Assembly: GCA_051047955.1 (NCBI GenBank) | Contig: JBPGPT010000040.1 | Span: 62,001 to 121,243, forward strand | Direction: 5' to 3' | DNA from: Cystobasidiomycetes sp. EMM_F5 | Taxonomy: Eukaryota | Length of the DNA stretch: 59,243 nt | Shown here: positions 36,690-49,463 of the stretch, piece by piece | Numbering within the stretch: position 1 is the first letter of the stretch | Layout of the letters: the number at the start of each line of letters is the position of its first letter | Notes under the pieces: generated by a model | Database searches by the model: none | The model's input: the letters and a program-made list of their open reading frames with translations, nothing else | What the model was told of the DNA's origin: nothing | Made by a program: the position numbers and the translations under genes

Positions 36690-39127
36690 TCAAGACCATG
36701 TCTTTACGCCTAAGGGATCTGCGTGTGCATCTGCAGTCTTCCACGGATTCTCTGTAGACCCCACATGAATAGATTGTTGGGTTGCTGAAACCGAAAAACC
36801 AGTGTCGCCCTCCGGGCGATGTTGCGCGCGAGCAACACGCGGTTGATATTTTAGATTTTCGTCAGCAGCAGCTTTTCTAGGGGTAGCGGGCCTAACTGGA
36901 CTGGATGCCCCAGACCGGCTGGACGAGGTCGATGGCACGGCCTGCATTCCCGATGAGCTTGGTCCTACGGCGTCAAACTGATCCCGCTCCTTGGTAGAAG
37001 CCTCGTATGTTTGTTTGACAGACTTCCAAGCAGACCACGCCGATCGCATTGCGCCTTGATAGGCACCATGCACGACAGTACTGGCCTGATTGATAGTAGC
37101 ATTATCGAGCGGCAGCGGGAGAGATGACGATTGGGTGTTGGGCGAAGCAGGCTGTCTTGTCGTGGTACTTGACGGAAGAGCATCGTTTGCAGTGACAACC
37201 AGTACATTGCTTAGAACTGGATCGTCATCGAGGCTTTCAACGGTGATTGGCATAGCTGGTAGGCTGCTGACGACAACCGGAGCTTGATTCATCTCTTCAC
37301 GCTTGAACCACCCAGTCCACCACTTGACATTCTTGGGGTCCGGAAACAAGACTTCCTGATCCGCGCCCGAATATGTAGGGTTGAGATACTGCGATCGATT
37401 GGCGTCTGCAAGTATTTCTGACCATATACTTCGTGTTTTTGACTTTGCATCATCTTGAACGCGCTCTCGCTCGCTGTTGTACAGAAAATTGCCAAATTTG
37501 CATTCATACAGCTGCTTTTGCAGTTCCAGGAGGAAATGTTCGTTAAACTCGAAATGATCAGGGAATTGCAATTGCAATTGATGAACGCAGTCAAGAAACT
37601 GATCAAAGACTGGGCAAGTATCCTTGAATGCTGCAGTTGCTCCGCTGAACGTAAGCTTTTGCTGCATGGCAGCTAGGAATCCAACTTCTTCCTCCTCCTC
37701 GTCCGTCGTGCCTAGCGTAGAAGTGAACTGAACTCGTGAAGAGACTACATGGCCAGATCTATTCAAGAATCTGTGACCGAAACTGACCCAGTCCTTTTCA
37801 ATCAATACTGCAAAACCGGTCATTGTGCGATAGAAAGGGTCCAAGCAGAGTTGAGATATGGCAGATAACTGCGATGTTCTGTCCCAGCCATCCGAGCAGT
37901 GAATGAGAACGTGGGAATTTGCCAGGTGGACGGCCTTGACGATAATGACAATGCCTTCCAGAATACATGACAGATATTTGAGCCAGCCCGACCGTCGAAG
38001 AAGATCGTAGTTTATGGGTCCTGGAGTGCGAGTGGCTTCTGCAACGCGCGCCAAAGAGTCTCGCATGACGTGTATATTATCGATGCCGAGATATACCTTT
38101 TTACAATTCCTGTAGTATTCCATGTTTTCCGTTCCGGCTCCTTTTGCGACGTTGGCTACGGCATTTGCGGTGGGTCTGGCATCGATGATAAGGTTCGTGG
38201 CAGTAGCTCCATAGACTGTATGAGAATGTGAGGAGTGAGAAATGTATGAATTGTTTGAAGCGTCGCCTGTCGCAGTGGAGTGATGCAGGGAATGCGAGCT
38301 GAAGATGGCCTCAACAAGCTTCTCATCCTGAATTGAACGATTGTTCTTCAGCCCAACCATGGGCTGGGATGCTCTTGTGATGGTTCCGAGGTTAGACCAG
38401 TGAAGGTAAACGAGGCCGGCTATACGAGCTTTGGACCTGTATGATTTACCGTAGTTGAGCGTAGCATCACTGATCTTTCGAGGAACCACTAGCGCAGCCG
38501 GATAGGTTGCGCAATATTCGTAGTTGGCATTGACATCTGTAAATCTCCAAGCCGTCGTTCGAGCTGCCTGTTCGTTTGTGCCAAATACGCCCATCCGCGC
38601 AAATTCCCGCTTGGGATCGTATACGTCCCAACCGTTACTGTCCGTATTCGAGGTGCCCCGGTTGGCAGTGTACGCATATAATTGTTCTGGCGAAGCTGTT
38701 ATGGTAGATCAGTCGTGCGTCTAAAGTCAGATGATAACGACGCCAAAAACGCACTTCTTCTCGATACGACGGCCTCCAAGCTTTCGTATACGTTACGAGC
38801 ATCGCTCTTCTGACCAAAGAGAATGGTGTGACACTCAAAGTTACGCCCGCGAATGACGAGCGGTGTTCTGGCTTGGGCATCGTGTCTCGACGTCGCATGC
38901 AGATGTATTGACAGCAGAAGGGAGTGCGACAACCATATCTCTTCTTTAGACGACGTGTGTATGAGTATGGTGTGGTGCGGTGTCAGATGTAGGTCCACCA
39001 GTCTCGACGGTGTGCCCTCAAGAACCACGCCCGATACCTATGATCAGTAAATCAACGCCATATTTCCAAAACTTGACGGCCAAGACCCACTACGCCTCAC
39101 CTTTGTGACCTTCAAACCAGACTCCAT
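36690..39127 (-). CDS. YMR1: Myotubularin-family phosphoinositide 3-phosphatase
   Basis: Catalytic loop HCSDGWDRT; WRFTDVNANYEYCATYP; RASQPMVG; IIDARP; LIEKDWVSFGHRF; start MESGLKVTK. Confidence 0.95.
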
Positions 39128-39216
39128 TACTGCTTCAGCACATTGTCCAAGTGCAAGTCAAGGGCCAAAAACATCGCAGCTTGGACTCTGCGCAACCCGA
39201 TCAGCCATCGGAGGCC

Positions 39217-39904
39217 ATGGACGTGCAACCGAGTCCAACGCTGTACATCCAGAACTTGGACACCAAGATCAGCAAAGACGGTGCGGACAGCCAATCCTAA
39301 CCTAGCTCCAAGCTTGAACTGACTCAATAGCTGCTCTGGTGTCTGAAATCTGGAAATATCGATACTCGCTACATTCTCTGCTTGTGTGTGGACAGACCTG
39401 CGGAGACTCCTCTATACATACTTCTCATCCTATGGAAAGGTGCTCGATGTAGTCGCGCTGCGAAACGAACGGATGCGAGGGCAAGCTTTCATCGTATTCA
39501 AAGATTTACAAACGTCAACGGCAGCGTTACGCAAAGAAGACGGCAGGATGTTTGCAGGAAAGTCAATGAAGATATCATATGCCAAAGGGAAATCCTTCGC
39601 AACCATCGAGCACGAGTCTGGCAAGGAAGCTCTCTACCAATTTCGGATGGGCGTGCTCAAGAATACGAATGCAAACAAGCGATTGACGGTATCTGGTGCG
39701 GAGAAAGCATTGACGACGGCGTCAAGTAAACGCGATAGGCCAAACGGAGCCAACGGTGATGCTGAAGAGGAGGTGGACGATGACGAGCAAGAAGGGTCTG
39801 CACCGAAACGGCAAAAAGTGGACGGCACGGCGGGCGGTGATGAGGAGGACATGATGGTAGAGTCTGAGGATGACGATGATGACGCTGGGCCGACGCCAGC
39901 GTGA
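39217..39904 (+). CDS. U1A/U2B''-family snRNP RRM protein (single RRM with acidic tail)
   Basis: PSPTLYIQNLDTKISKD|DLRRLLYTYFSSYGKVLDVVALRNERMRGQAFIVF...MKISYAKGKS; intron 39281-39395. Confidence 0.9.
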
Positions 39905-40182
39905 TGTGGAAATCATCCGCAATGAGAAGGTGCGACTTTCCCAAGTCCCGCTAAATCTACGATGCTGACTTGCATATATTTCTAGCATCCGTACCATTCG
40001 AAGAGCAGTTACAACGGCGTGTATGAATCGTTTCGAAGTCGTGTGTTGTTAACATTACAAGTTTCGTTACTCGGGCGAACCATGAAATTTGTCCTTCGGA
40101 CAGCTATCGGGTATCCTGATTTGTCTGCTCGCCTGCATATCTGACCTGATGCGAGACGCTTCCAGAATCAGCGCTGGTCTAT

Positions 40183-43100
40183 CTATTGATTCTTCCTGTC
40201 AATTGCTTCTCGTACTCCCGCATCAGGCGCATTGAGCCAGATGTCATTGTCATCAGCCGCCCTGCTGTGCTCTTCCTCTTTTAGCCCCTTCAACCTGTCA
40301 ATCTCCTTTTCGAAGGCTTTGGCGCCCCGACTATCGAGATAGTCCTTCCTAAGCTTCCATTCGCTTTCGCGCAGCGTCAACTCCTCTGCAGAACCGCGCC
40401 ACATGAGCATATCGAGGAGGTGTGCAATACCGTATCTGATAAGAACGAATGCGTGCTCGCTTGCGAGAGCACACAGCAGAGCCCCCAGTAGAACCGATCT
40501 AACAGAGGAAGTGTCATTACCTTCTTTACTGATGATGCGCGGCAACTTTTGCTCAGCAAGCACGGTCGCGTTGATGGCTGCAGTCAGATTTCCTTGGATT
40601 ACTGCATCAAAACGATCGCTGAGTGATGGCACTCCAGATGCAACAACGAGTTGCGGTCGGAGTAGGTAGATGAGGCTTGCGTTCGTCAAAGCTCCTAAGT
40701 ATGTGATCCAGCTGAGCGCTTCCAGCCATGGGCCGATGGTATCTACTCGCTGAGGAACTGGTCGTCTGGAGTTGACGCACAGCTTGAAAGCATCGCCTCG
40801 GAGCTCGAAGAAATTGTTGATGAAGGCTGCTAGGGGCTGTAAGAGGACCGTGCGCGCTCAATGTCAATCCCGACTCGAGCACGGCTTCGTAGAGCGTGAC
40901 TTACAGCCAGTGGCCATGCCGTACTCCAGAGTACGACGTGCCCGAATTGTATTGCCATCTCGGCATAATCGTCGAACAGCTTATACTCGGGCAGTTCTAC
41001 TTCTTCATGTATCCTCTGCAACCACGTCTTCTTGTCGGCGTTGGTCAAGAGGCCGCCCATAGAAGTATACCTGCTCGCTTTCTGGTTTTTGTTGTTTACA
41101 GACGGCGCTGTACCTTCTTTTTGCTGTGGTGTTTTGGCTGCAGAATTAGCCTGCTGATGCTGTTGCTGATTGCTCGATGAGGGAGAGTGGGAAGGCTGGT
41201 TCTGATACTCTATCCATTTACGCTGTGCATATGGTAATACAATTTCTGTGAATGCGCCAATGGCTTGCGTTGTCGTCATGAGCGCAAATAAGGTGTTCGT
41301 CAAACGTTGCGGGGATGCTGCGAAATTGACATTGTTTGACAGAGAAGACATTGATAGACTCTGCTCGGAAAGTCTTCCCCGTATGATTCTGACAAAGAAC
41401 GGCACGATGAAGGAGCCGAAGGGGACTGCCTTAAAGGATCAGCTGCTATTACAGGCAACGTTGCGATATTCACGTACGATATACGTATGCAGTGAGAGTT
41501 AGAGCACCGTACGAGACTATGCTATTCAATGCAAAGTTCTTGAGCGTTAACGACCTGTCATGTCCCGTCTCGGTAGCTGAGCAGCGAATAACTGCTCAGA
41601 TCATGAAATTTCGCTGCAATAGAAGCAAGCTCACGGTGGTTTTCCCAGTCTGTCAATTCAGCTGAAACACCACGCCATGCCCCTATGACCTGTGGGACCA
41701 CGCTCGCGAATAGCACAATGGGTACGAAGGACAAGGCGCCCTTGAATGGTCCTTTGTACACTTCGTTGATGATGACTGCTCACATAGTGTAGAAAGGTTA
41801 GAATAGGGGAATATCGTGAGCTATTCCATGTTGCTCATCTTCAGTGGGGAATCTGACACTCACCCTCTGTACTGAATATGACACTGATGACCGCGGCAAG
41901 GATTGCGGCAAAGCCCAGCAAAGCCGGTATGGTTGCTGCCACTTTAGCTTCTCGCCTCCACCAGGGTGAATATGGTACTTTTTGACCGGTGATGGGCGAA
42001 ACCATGACATCCTCTGCCTTGAAGCCCAATCTGACTGTACCTCGCCGACTGATTCCGAAGTTGCCCCATCGGACAGCGAGTTGACGTTCCCGGAGTCTCC
42101 ACCCTTCCACTGTCACGACGGACCATACGAGGATGAGGGAGGAGTACAACTTGGAAAAATGATGTCCTCCGAGCCATGTCGTCATACCGACGAATGTGGG
42201 AAATGCAAGGGCAAGAAAGTAGAAGCGCAGGAATTCGAAGTACATGGCAACTCCAGATCCGAAATGGTCACGCACAGCCACTAGTTGCTCTTCAGGAATT
42301 TTGATGAGATTGATGATTGACGAACCCGTGTCTGACGATGTTGCTGTTGACCAGTTGCGAAGCCAACGAGTATTAAAATCGTGGTCCTGAGGTGGAAAGT
42401 ATGAGAGTACTCGAGGAAATGGGTTCTGCTCGTGCGGCCAATGCAAGGCCCGCTCCAGTTGGAAGTGGACCAGTCTTAGTCGCTCCGACGATAACAGCGG
42501 CTGACTCCCAAAATCTCGAATCTGATGCGGTTTGTGCCTTATTGCAGCTGTCCCGGTCGCACCGCGTGACGCGCTCAGCCAGTCATCCAGCTTTTCTTTC
42601 TGTGCTTCAGCGTATAGCATACTGGACGAGGCTTTGATTAGGAGCAATCGCTCGTCTCTCCCTTCTTTGCCTGGAACTCCCATTGTTAGAAGACCTTGGT
42701 CCCGCATATACTTTCGTAATCTGTCATATTCTCCCTCTGCTGACTTCCATTCGTCGGCAGGCGCGCCTCGCGTAGGTAACTTGAACACGAGGATATAGTC
42801 GGCCTTTGGGTCGTTGCCGTACGAAGTGACGTAGTTTTTGACAGACGTAGGCTGCGAGTGGGACCCTCTAACGTCGGATGTACCTTGACCGCCAGCATAA
42901 TTGTCCTTTACGTCTGCTTTCTGTCCGTATACCTCCTTGTCAATTGTATCGGCCGACGAGACGTGGATGGGTGTTTGACTGTGGGTTTGGTTTGAGCCAG
43001 ATGCAGGAATTGCATTGGCATTTGTAAGCTGCTGACTGCCCTGCTGAGGGTACATGGGCTTGGCAGCTGCAGCTTCCACGACGTCAACATGGCCCGTATT

Positions 43101-43313
43101 TCTGCCAGTCTCGACCGCCGTCGGCTGGCTTGGCGGCTGCGTCGTCTGGTGGTCGCCTATGAATTTCGTATAATCGTAGCCAGACGGAGTCGCGACTGCC
43201 TGAGCCATGGCTGGAGAAGCCGCAGTGGGCTTTTGCGAGTCTTCTGATACGCCCTTCAGTGTTTTGGAGATATTCAGCTTCACGTCAAAGCAGACATCTA
43301 TGACGCTGTACAT
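40183..43313 (-). CDS. IST2: Anoctamin/TMEM16 scramblase-channel (Ist2-like)
   Basis: VRDHFGSGVAMYFEFLRFY; WRLRERQLAVRWG; LTDWENH; LPEYKLFDDYAEMAIQFG; RPVPQRVDTIGPWL; start may be at 43208 instead. Confidence 0.9.
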
Positions 43314-43439
43314 GTGTCAAAAACGCGATCGAGCAAGTGGAGCACCTTGAAGATCAGCAGCTAGTGCAGAAGCGAGAAGCATAATTCAGTCTTGGGTTCA
43401 TAACAATCAACAGTAACACACTGATCAATACAAGAAACA

Positions 43440-44346
43440 ATGCAAGCAGTCCGAACCATGCTTCCATTCGCGGGTGCCGTCCGCTGCTCCGCACGACAAT
43501 CACTTTGCAAGGTGCCTGGATCGGTACTCTACAAGCGCGGTGTAGCTACAAAGAAGGAAGATGTGGTGGAATAGTAGGCGTCTCCATCTTTTGTGCCTTA
43601 GATTTATCTCATTATCATATCAAAACAGTTTGAAGAAAGCTGGCATCTTGAGCGATGTCCTGAATGACAGCTTCGACCCCAAAGTACAGCTGTCTGTACG
43701 GTTCCTCAGTAGCGGGGAGGAAGCTGCTTTTGGCAATACTCTCACTCCCGTCGACGCGCAAGGCCAGCCACAAGTCGAAGTCTTGCCGTTTCCAGGGGAC
43801 AAGGGATTGCCTTCTGAAGTTACTGGCAAGAAGGGTTTCATCGTCATGACTGACCCCGATGCCCCGTCCAAGGACGATCCGAAATGGTCGGAATACTGCC
43901 ACTGGGTTGCTTCGACTAGTCTACCTAGTGCAAAAGAGGGCGGGGAGGTAGTTCACAACTCGAAAGACTTAAAAGATCTCATAGCATATACGAAACCTGC
44001 TCCACCCGAAGGCTCAGGAAAGCACAGATACGTTCTTGTCCTTCTGCAAGGTGAAGGTGACGGCAGTAAGAGCTTGCCAAAGAGTGATGGTGGAGAGGAT
44101 AGGAAGAACTGGTCAACGGGGAAGCCGAGACAGGGCTTGCAGCAATGGGCCGAAAGTAATGGACTCAAGGCGATAGGTGCGTGTCGCGCGAATCCTCTAA
44201 GACGGTAGGAAACTGACACCCAAGTATCCCTCTCACCATCAGGCGCGAATTATTTCTTCTCAGAATATAAGAAGGAACAGACAGTCGACGACATCAATCA
44301 CGACCAGCGCGGGCTGGGCGTGTCGGGTGCCGGATATGGAGGTTAA
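43440..44346 (+). CDS. TFS1: PEBP-family protein (Tfs1/carboxypeptidase Y inhibitor-like)
   Basis: FGNTL; MTDPDAPSKDDPKWSEYCHW; PAPPEGSGKHRYV; GLKAIG|ANYFF; introns near 43574-43629 and 44177-44242. Confidence 0.88.
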
Positions 44347-44747
44347 GAATATAACGGCAGGAAAAGTTGTGGATGGGAACAGAGAACAGCAAAGGATGCA
44401 GTAAGCCTCAAGCACTTGACAACAGATCACGTAGCCAATCTATACCCTCCAATGCGCAGTAAATCATATTGTAGCTCTCAAAAGTGCCTTGTCAGGCGCA
44501 ATGTCGGCAAATGCGACAACTGAAGCATGATGTAAGTGCAGAACTCTCAGCATTCAATCATTGGAATTTCTGTTCCGAGAATCACATACACATAGCGAAC
44601 TTTCTTGTGCGTCCTACGTCCTGTGAAACACCTTCCTACTTCATGTATGCCTGCATCATTCAAAATGGCCTTAATCTTCTTGCTGATTGCAGCTAATGTT
44701 TCATTTGAATAAGGAGCGTACTTTGATCACTGTTCCTGCTTTCCCAT

Positions 44748-47308
44748 TCACTTCTTTTCCCTGTCTTTGCGTCCTTCAAGATAGTAGAAGGAGAAATTTA
44801 GTCTGCAACTCAGGAATCTTAGGTCCAGATCGGAGTGTTTGGCAAGAGCGGTGACAACCGTCATTATCTCCTCCGCAAACTGGGCAGCGTAGCGGTCTAT
44901 CCTTCTTCTCAGCTGTGCCAGCTGCTCGAGATTCGGCGGCGGTGCAGCGAAGGATGAGATGACAGGAGTGGAAGGCATAGGAGTCGTACTCCTAGATGAT
45001 GCAGTAGTCCGTGCTGAGAGTGCCGAATCTGGTCGCTGATTCTGCTTTGCCACTTTCGTATCCGATCCATCCCCATGCGTGGTGAGATCGTCCATCCGAG
45101 ATGCCTCAGCTAATGCATAATTGCACAGCGCTTCTACGGTCTCCTTGAATTGTAGAATCACCTTGAATGCTTCGCGGACATGAGACAGTATCTTGTCGTC
45201 GCTTTTCGCTGTTGTTGAGCCCCTCAAAAGTGCTTTACTTGCAAGTCTGCCGAGGTATAGCTGATGAGCCTCAATAAGCCCATCCAGATCACCTTGCTTC
45301 CGTAAGGCAAATTCCTCCAGGACCGTCCAGCTACAATCAATGACTTCCAGGTGACTGAAGTATTGAAGCTGTCTAATGAAATGAATCATCTCCGATAAAA
45401 TGATGCGGACTTGGTGAAAGTCGGGCTGAAGATCAGTTACGCGATTGTACCATCTCGCTTCGCTCATCACTCGCTTCCAGACCTCGTTGAGCGAATAATC
45501 GACACGCTTGATTTGCCAGAGATGAGTGAACAGACGAAAATAAATGTCCATGCTTCCATCGTCAAGCACGATATCGACAGGCGCATCGACCTTGTATTCC
45601 AGCGTAAAGACATCCCATCCAATCTCGCCAGAAGAATATTCGAGCATACGGGCGTCGAGTCGGCCTAGGGTATCAGTGTCGTCCGAACTCGATGCTGTAG
45701 TCCGCAGAGCGCTCTCCAGGACAGAGGTCAGGTGGTATCTGTACAGAGAATTGGCAGGCTTGTTCAGCTGGGGACTGTTGGAATGTTCGAGTCAGCAAGC
45801 TCTACTGTGGACAGACAAAGTGTTATGTTACGCCGTACCCCAATTGCTCGATAAGTGTTTCGAAGAAATCCCCTCTTCCCAACAGAAGGTAGTCCTTGAT
45901 AGCTCGCAGATGCTGCAAAAGGCCAAACTTGTCGAAGAATATCTCGAATAGCCGACGGGACGCTGTTGCATATGCAGTATCGATACTACGAGCCAAGCCG
46001 TTGACATCCGCATAAGCGAGCCGATTCCCTCTATCCCCGCTTGCTGCGTTTGCACGCTGTTGAGCCGCCACCCATGCACCGTCGGCACATGCGTATTTTA
46101 TGTAATTCAGTGAACGACCTGTAGAGAAGATCTGTATTCCGAGTGTCAATCACGCGTCGGACCTATGTCTCTAGCCGTATCTACCTTTTGACCAAAGTCA
46201 TCGCTGAGAAAGCTAGGGATCATCTCCTTGCGCATAGTGTACCTTCCAGACCACGCTTCCTGTTTATTGATCCCATTCTCCGTGCCTTGCATGTTTCGCA
46301 CAACAAAGAACTCGTCGCTGTGATCCGCAAGTTCTCCTTCGTATATCCATGCTGCGAGCGAATTGAAGAAGGGCAGGCTGACTTTTTCGAGAAGAGAGGA
46401 AGTGAAGTTCCGGATGAAGGGGTCGCCGTGGCCGGTGTATCCGTGAATAAATGACAGCAAGGCTCCGCCTCGTGCCGCTGCATTGGCAGGTGGGAATCAA
46501 AGGATGAAGCAAAGAATGACAGATGGAGCACGACCTACTGAAACTTGCGTCAATGAGTATACCCATCATTTGCATCTTGCCGCGGTAGTCTTCTGTCCAC
46601 AACACGAGTCTGTGAAGAGTGAGGCCAACAGACGCGTCTCCAATAGCGTATGCGTCTGGATTGGCAGCCCGGATCATGGCCTGCGTATCGTCCGTATGTG
46701 TAATACTGGCTCGTTTCGATTCCAGAGTAGCGACCAAATCATCATATTCACGAAGCTCTTCTTGTAAACATCGGCAGAGAGCCTACGCAGAGCATCTTGA
46801 GCAACATGAAGATTGCTGCTCATTAGATATACGTACAAGTTCAACGAGTCCGGCGCTAGGCGAGGCCAGCTTCGCTTCGATACCGCGTCTTATTTGTCGA
46901 TACAGCCAGCCCAGCTCGCTCAAGCGCGTCAATAGATGCTTCGTCGATGTCGCGACATATTGTTTATCGTTCTCGATAAACAGCAGAGAACCCAACGCCA
47001 ACTCTTCCAGACTTTCTTGCTCTAGCGGATGAACAGGTAGTCCTCGTCGACGTCGAGTGCCAGAAGGTTGCTTGTCGTGAAATCGGACGTAGGATCCGTC
47101 AATGCCTTGTAGCACGAAAACAACGTCGCGTAGTATTGTTTCCTCCGGTACGTGAGATCTAGCATTGGGCGCTGTGTCTGCAATACTCATCGTCAGCTAG
47201 CTGCCTATTGATATTCACCCTAATCTACGCACTCTGAGCCCTCCATTTAGCGAGCTTTGCCTTCATGCTCAGGCCCGTCACGGGCGTTGGATCATTAGCA
47301 TTCACCAT
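44748..47308 (-). CDS. SPC98: Gamma-tubulin complex component 3 (Spc98/Alp6/GCP3)
   Basis: PEETILRDVVFVLQGIDG; RLSELGWLY; HGDPFIR; WIYEGEL; IFSTGRSLNYIKYAC; DYLLLGRGDF; LYRYHLTSVLESA; IGWDVFTLEYKVDAP; RLNFSFYY. Confidence 0.92.
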
Positions 47309-47496
47309 GTGGTCCGTATGCGACGGGCAGCAGGATTATGGGTTCATATGAGCATGATCAGGTGTAGCTGCCATCCAAGCTGTCCTTGCCGTTTGTCGCG
47401 ATAGCTTTATATCCGATCATCGTTTCATTTGATGTGCTTGTTGACCTCACCGGCTTGGCTTCTAAAGCCATCAACAATACTGCACACTGTTTCAAC

Positions 47497-48247
47497 ATGG
47501 AAGCAACTTCCTCGTCGAGCGATGTACAGCGCATCGCATTCAATAACGCCGCCCAGCTGGAGATACTCGTCGACCGGTTGAAGGCCGGCCTCGCTGAGCA
47601 TATATCCCGACAATGTCAAGGCAATGCCGCAGCGATACGCGACGTGGAGGACTTGTTGGAGCGAGTAAGTGTTCCACCGATATAATAATGTAGTGACTGA
47701 CCCCGGTCTGCAGGAATACATGCACGGCTTGCCCGACATGATACATCAAAACATCACAGTCAAGGGGCTATCCTGGGAGGAATATAACTCAAAATCATCG
47801 CAGAGTGAGTCTTAGGGTTCTCCTACTGCGATGTTCGACATGCTAATAGACATTGCACCAGCCACTCAACCCTTGGATTCAGCATTGAACCACGCAACTA
47901 TCGCCGCACAAGACGCTGCTTTCCAGATGAGCAGGTTGTCATGTGCGGCACGGACAACAAAGCCCATCAAGCTAGCGAGTCAAGTAGACACGCGCATACA
48001 GCGGGTAATGACGAGTTCAGCAGACAAGTTTACCCTGCTTGGTGAACAGCGACAGCGGAGGGAAGCAAGGAGGAGGTTGAAGGATATGCAGCTGCCTCGC
48101 AAGGAGGATACAATACGTTCACTGCATGCTGCAGACATCTTGCTGGAGCGGGCCGCTCGCGCCATTACTGTGCAAAACGCGGAGGCCCAACGAGCGGAGG
48201 ACATAGCAGCAGAGGTGGGGCGGCTGCGGCAGATCAGAATAGTGTAG
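47497..48247 (+). CDS. Probable kinetochore MIS12-complex subunit Nsl1/Mis14
   Basis: Spliced RIAFNNAAQLEILV...NITVKG...TQPLDSALN...AARTTKP followed by coiled coil, matching the RI....N..ING...EPFD..L...R...P pattern I recall for fungal Mis14. Confidence 0.6.
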
Positions 48248-48546
48248 TGTGTCATCTTCCACAGTATTAATTCCTCGCATACATATTTCATTGAATTATA
48301 CGCGTACAGACCAAGCTGTTGTCGTATTGATGGAGAAAATGCTAAATAGTAATAACAACATCAAGGTAACCGGTATCTCTGAGTGATGATGCTGTCCTGT
48401 GCTCACTGAATCAGTACCTCAAATCACTAAGAATGCCCTGTGGTGCTGACTGAATGACAACGACTGATGCAATTTAGGCTGCGACATTACTTGCAGTGTG
48501 AAAGAATGATGGATGTGGTTGAAATTGTAGAATGACAGCATGTGTT

Positions 48547-49463
48547 TCAAGGGATCTTGACAAAGACATGGGCGTGCGCCTGTGTTGACATATCTTCAGT
48601 GTGCATACATAAGGGCAGTAGACTGTAAAACGCACCAGTCCTGGTACGCTCTGCAACTTGACGGGGTTGACGAGCCAGAGCAATTCTGTAGCTTCCGGCC
48701 ATTGCGCTGCAGCAAAGGCTACAATTTCCTTGCACACTGGTTCTGTATGATTTCCCTCGGCCTCAATGTCATCGTCTCCTGGTGATGTACCTGTGGCCGG
48801 GTTTGCAAGCTTTCGCGGGAATGTCCTGCCCGCTATGCCATGTTCTGCGACAAACGGAGCCGCCTTGTTCCAGTCCAGTAGGGGCAGTAAAGTCCACACA
48901 AGCCAGTGTCTTCCAATGTTCTCCCTATCAGAAATAGCATAGCATGAAGGTCAGGAGACTGTACGCACTGAAAGTTATGTGGAACAGAATACGGCCAATC
49001 ATTTCGTCTAACACGAACGAATTGTGGTTCGATATGTCGAGTAAAGTACCGTTGAGTAGCAAGGGCTTGTCCTACATCCGCTCTGGACCAATCAAGTCGG
49101 TCTAGCAGGTAGCTTTCGACACTGTCATATTGCTGCCGGAGGGCTGGTCTGAACCTGTTTGTGTACAGTTCCTCTACGAGGGGATGACGTTCAAACAATT
49201 CAGGTCGACTGTTACCAAAACAATTTAGCTGATGATCAATCTCACTCATAAGGCTGAATGACGCACCATGACCGGATGATCTGAACAAATTCTTCGTACG
49301 TGTGCATGGCGGGATTGTTATCGGTGTCCGACACGAGCGAGTGGGCTATCTCGAGCAAGTCATCGACCGTCGCCGTAGGGGGTGTAACGTAGCCGCTGTA
49401 GTGCGAAGCCATCTTGCTGCCAGGGTAGCCTTGCTGCGTTCGCATAGACATGGTCGTGCTCAT
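48547..49463 (-). CDS. GIG1/DUF3605 family protein (N-acetylglucosamine-induced protein-like, HIT-like)
   Basis: RRNDWPYSVPHNF..HWLVWTLLP; LWLVNPVKLQSVPGL|AHAHVFVK. Confidence 0.85.

Noticed and set aside
9709..43313. Co-occurrence of OSCA and TMEM16, which are structurally related channel families
   Set aside because: They are about 26 kb apart with unrelated genes between them, so chance is a sufficient explanation.
43561..43580. Apparent in-frame TAG in the PEBP gene suggesting readthrough or a pseudogene
   Set aside because: The TAG spans the splice donor (TA|GTAGGC), and splicing gives TAT (Tyr).
48383..48467. Possible C/D-box snoRNA (GTGATGA...CTGA, with CCCTGTGGT complementary to an LSU rRNA segment)
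   Set aside because: Only about 9 nt of complementarity, no convincing terminal stem, and it lies between convergent 3' ends. snoscan or Infernal would be needed to support it.
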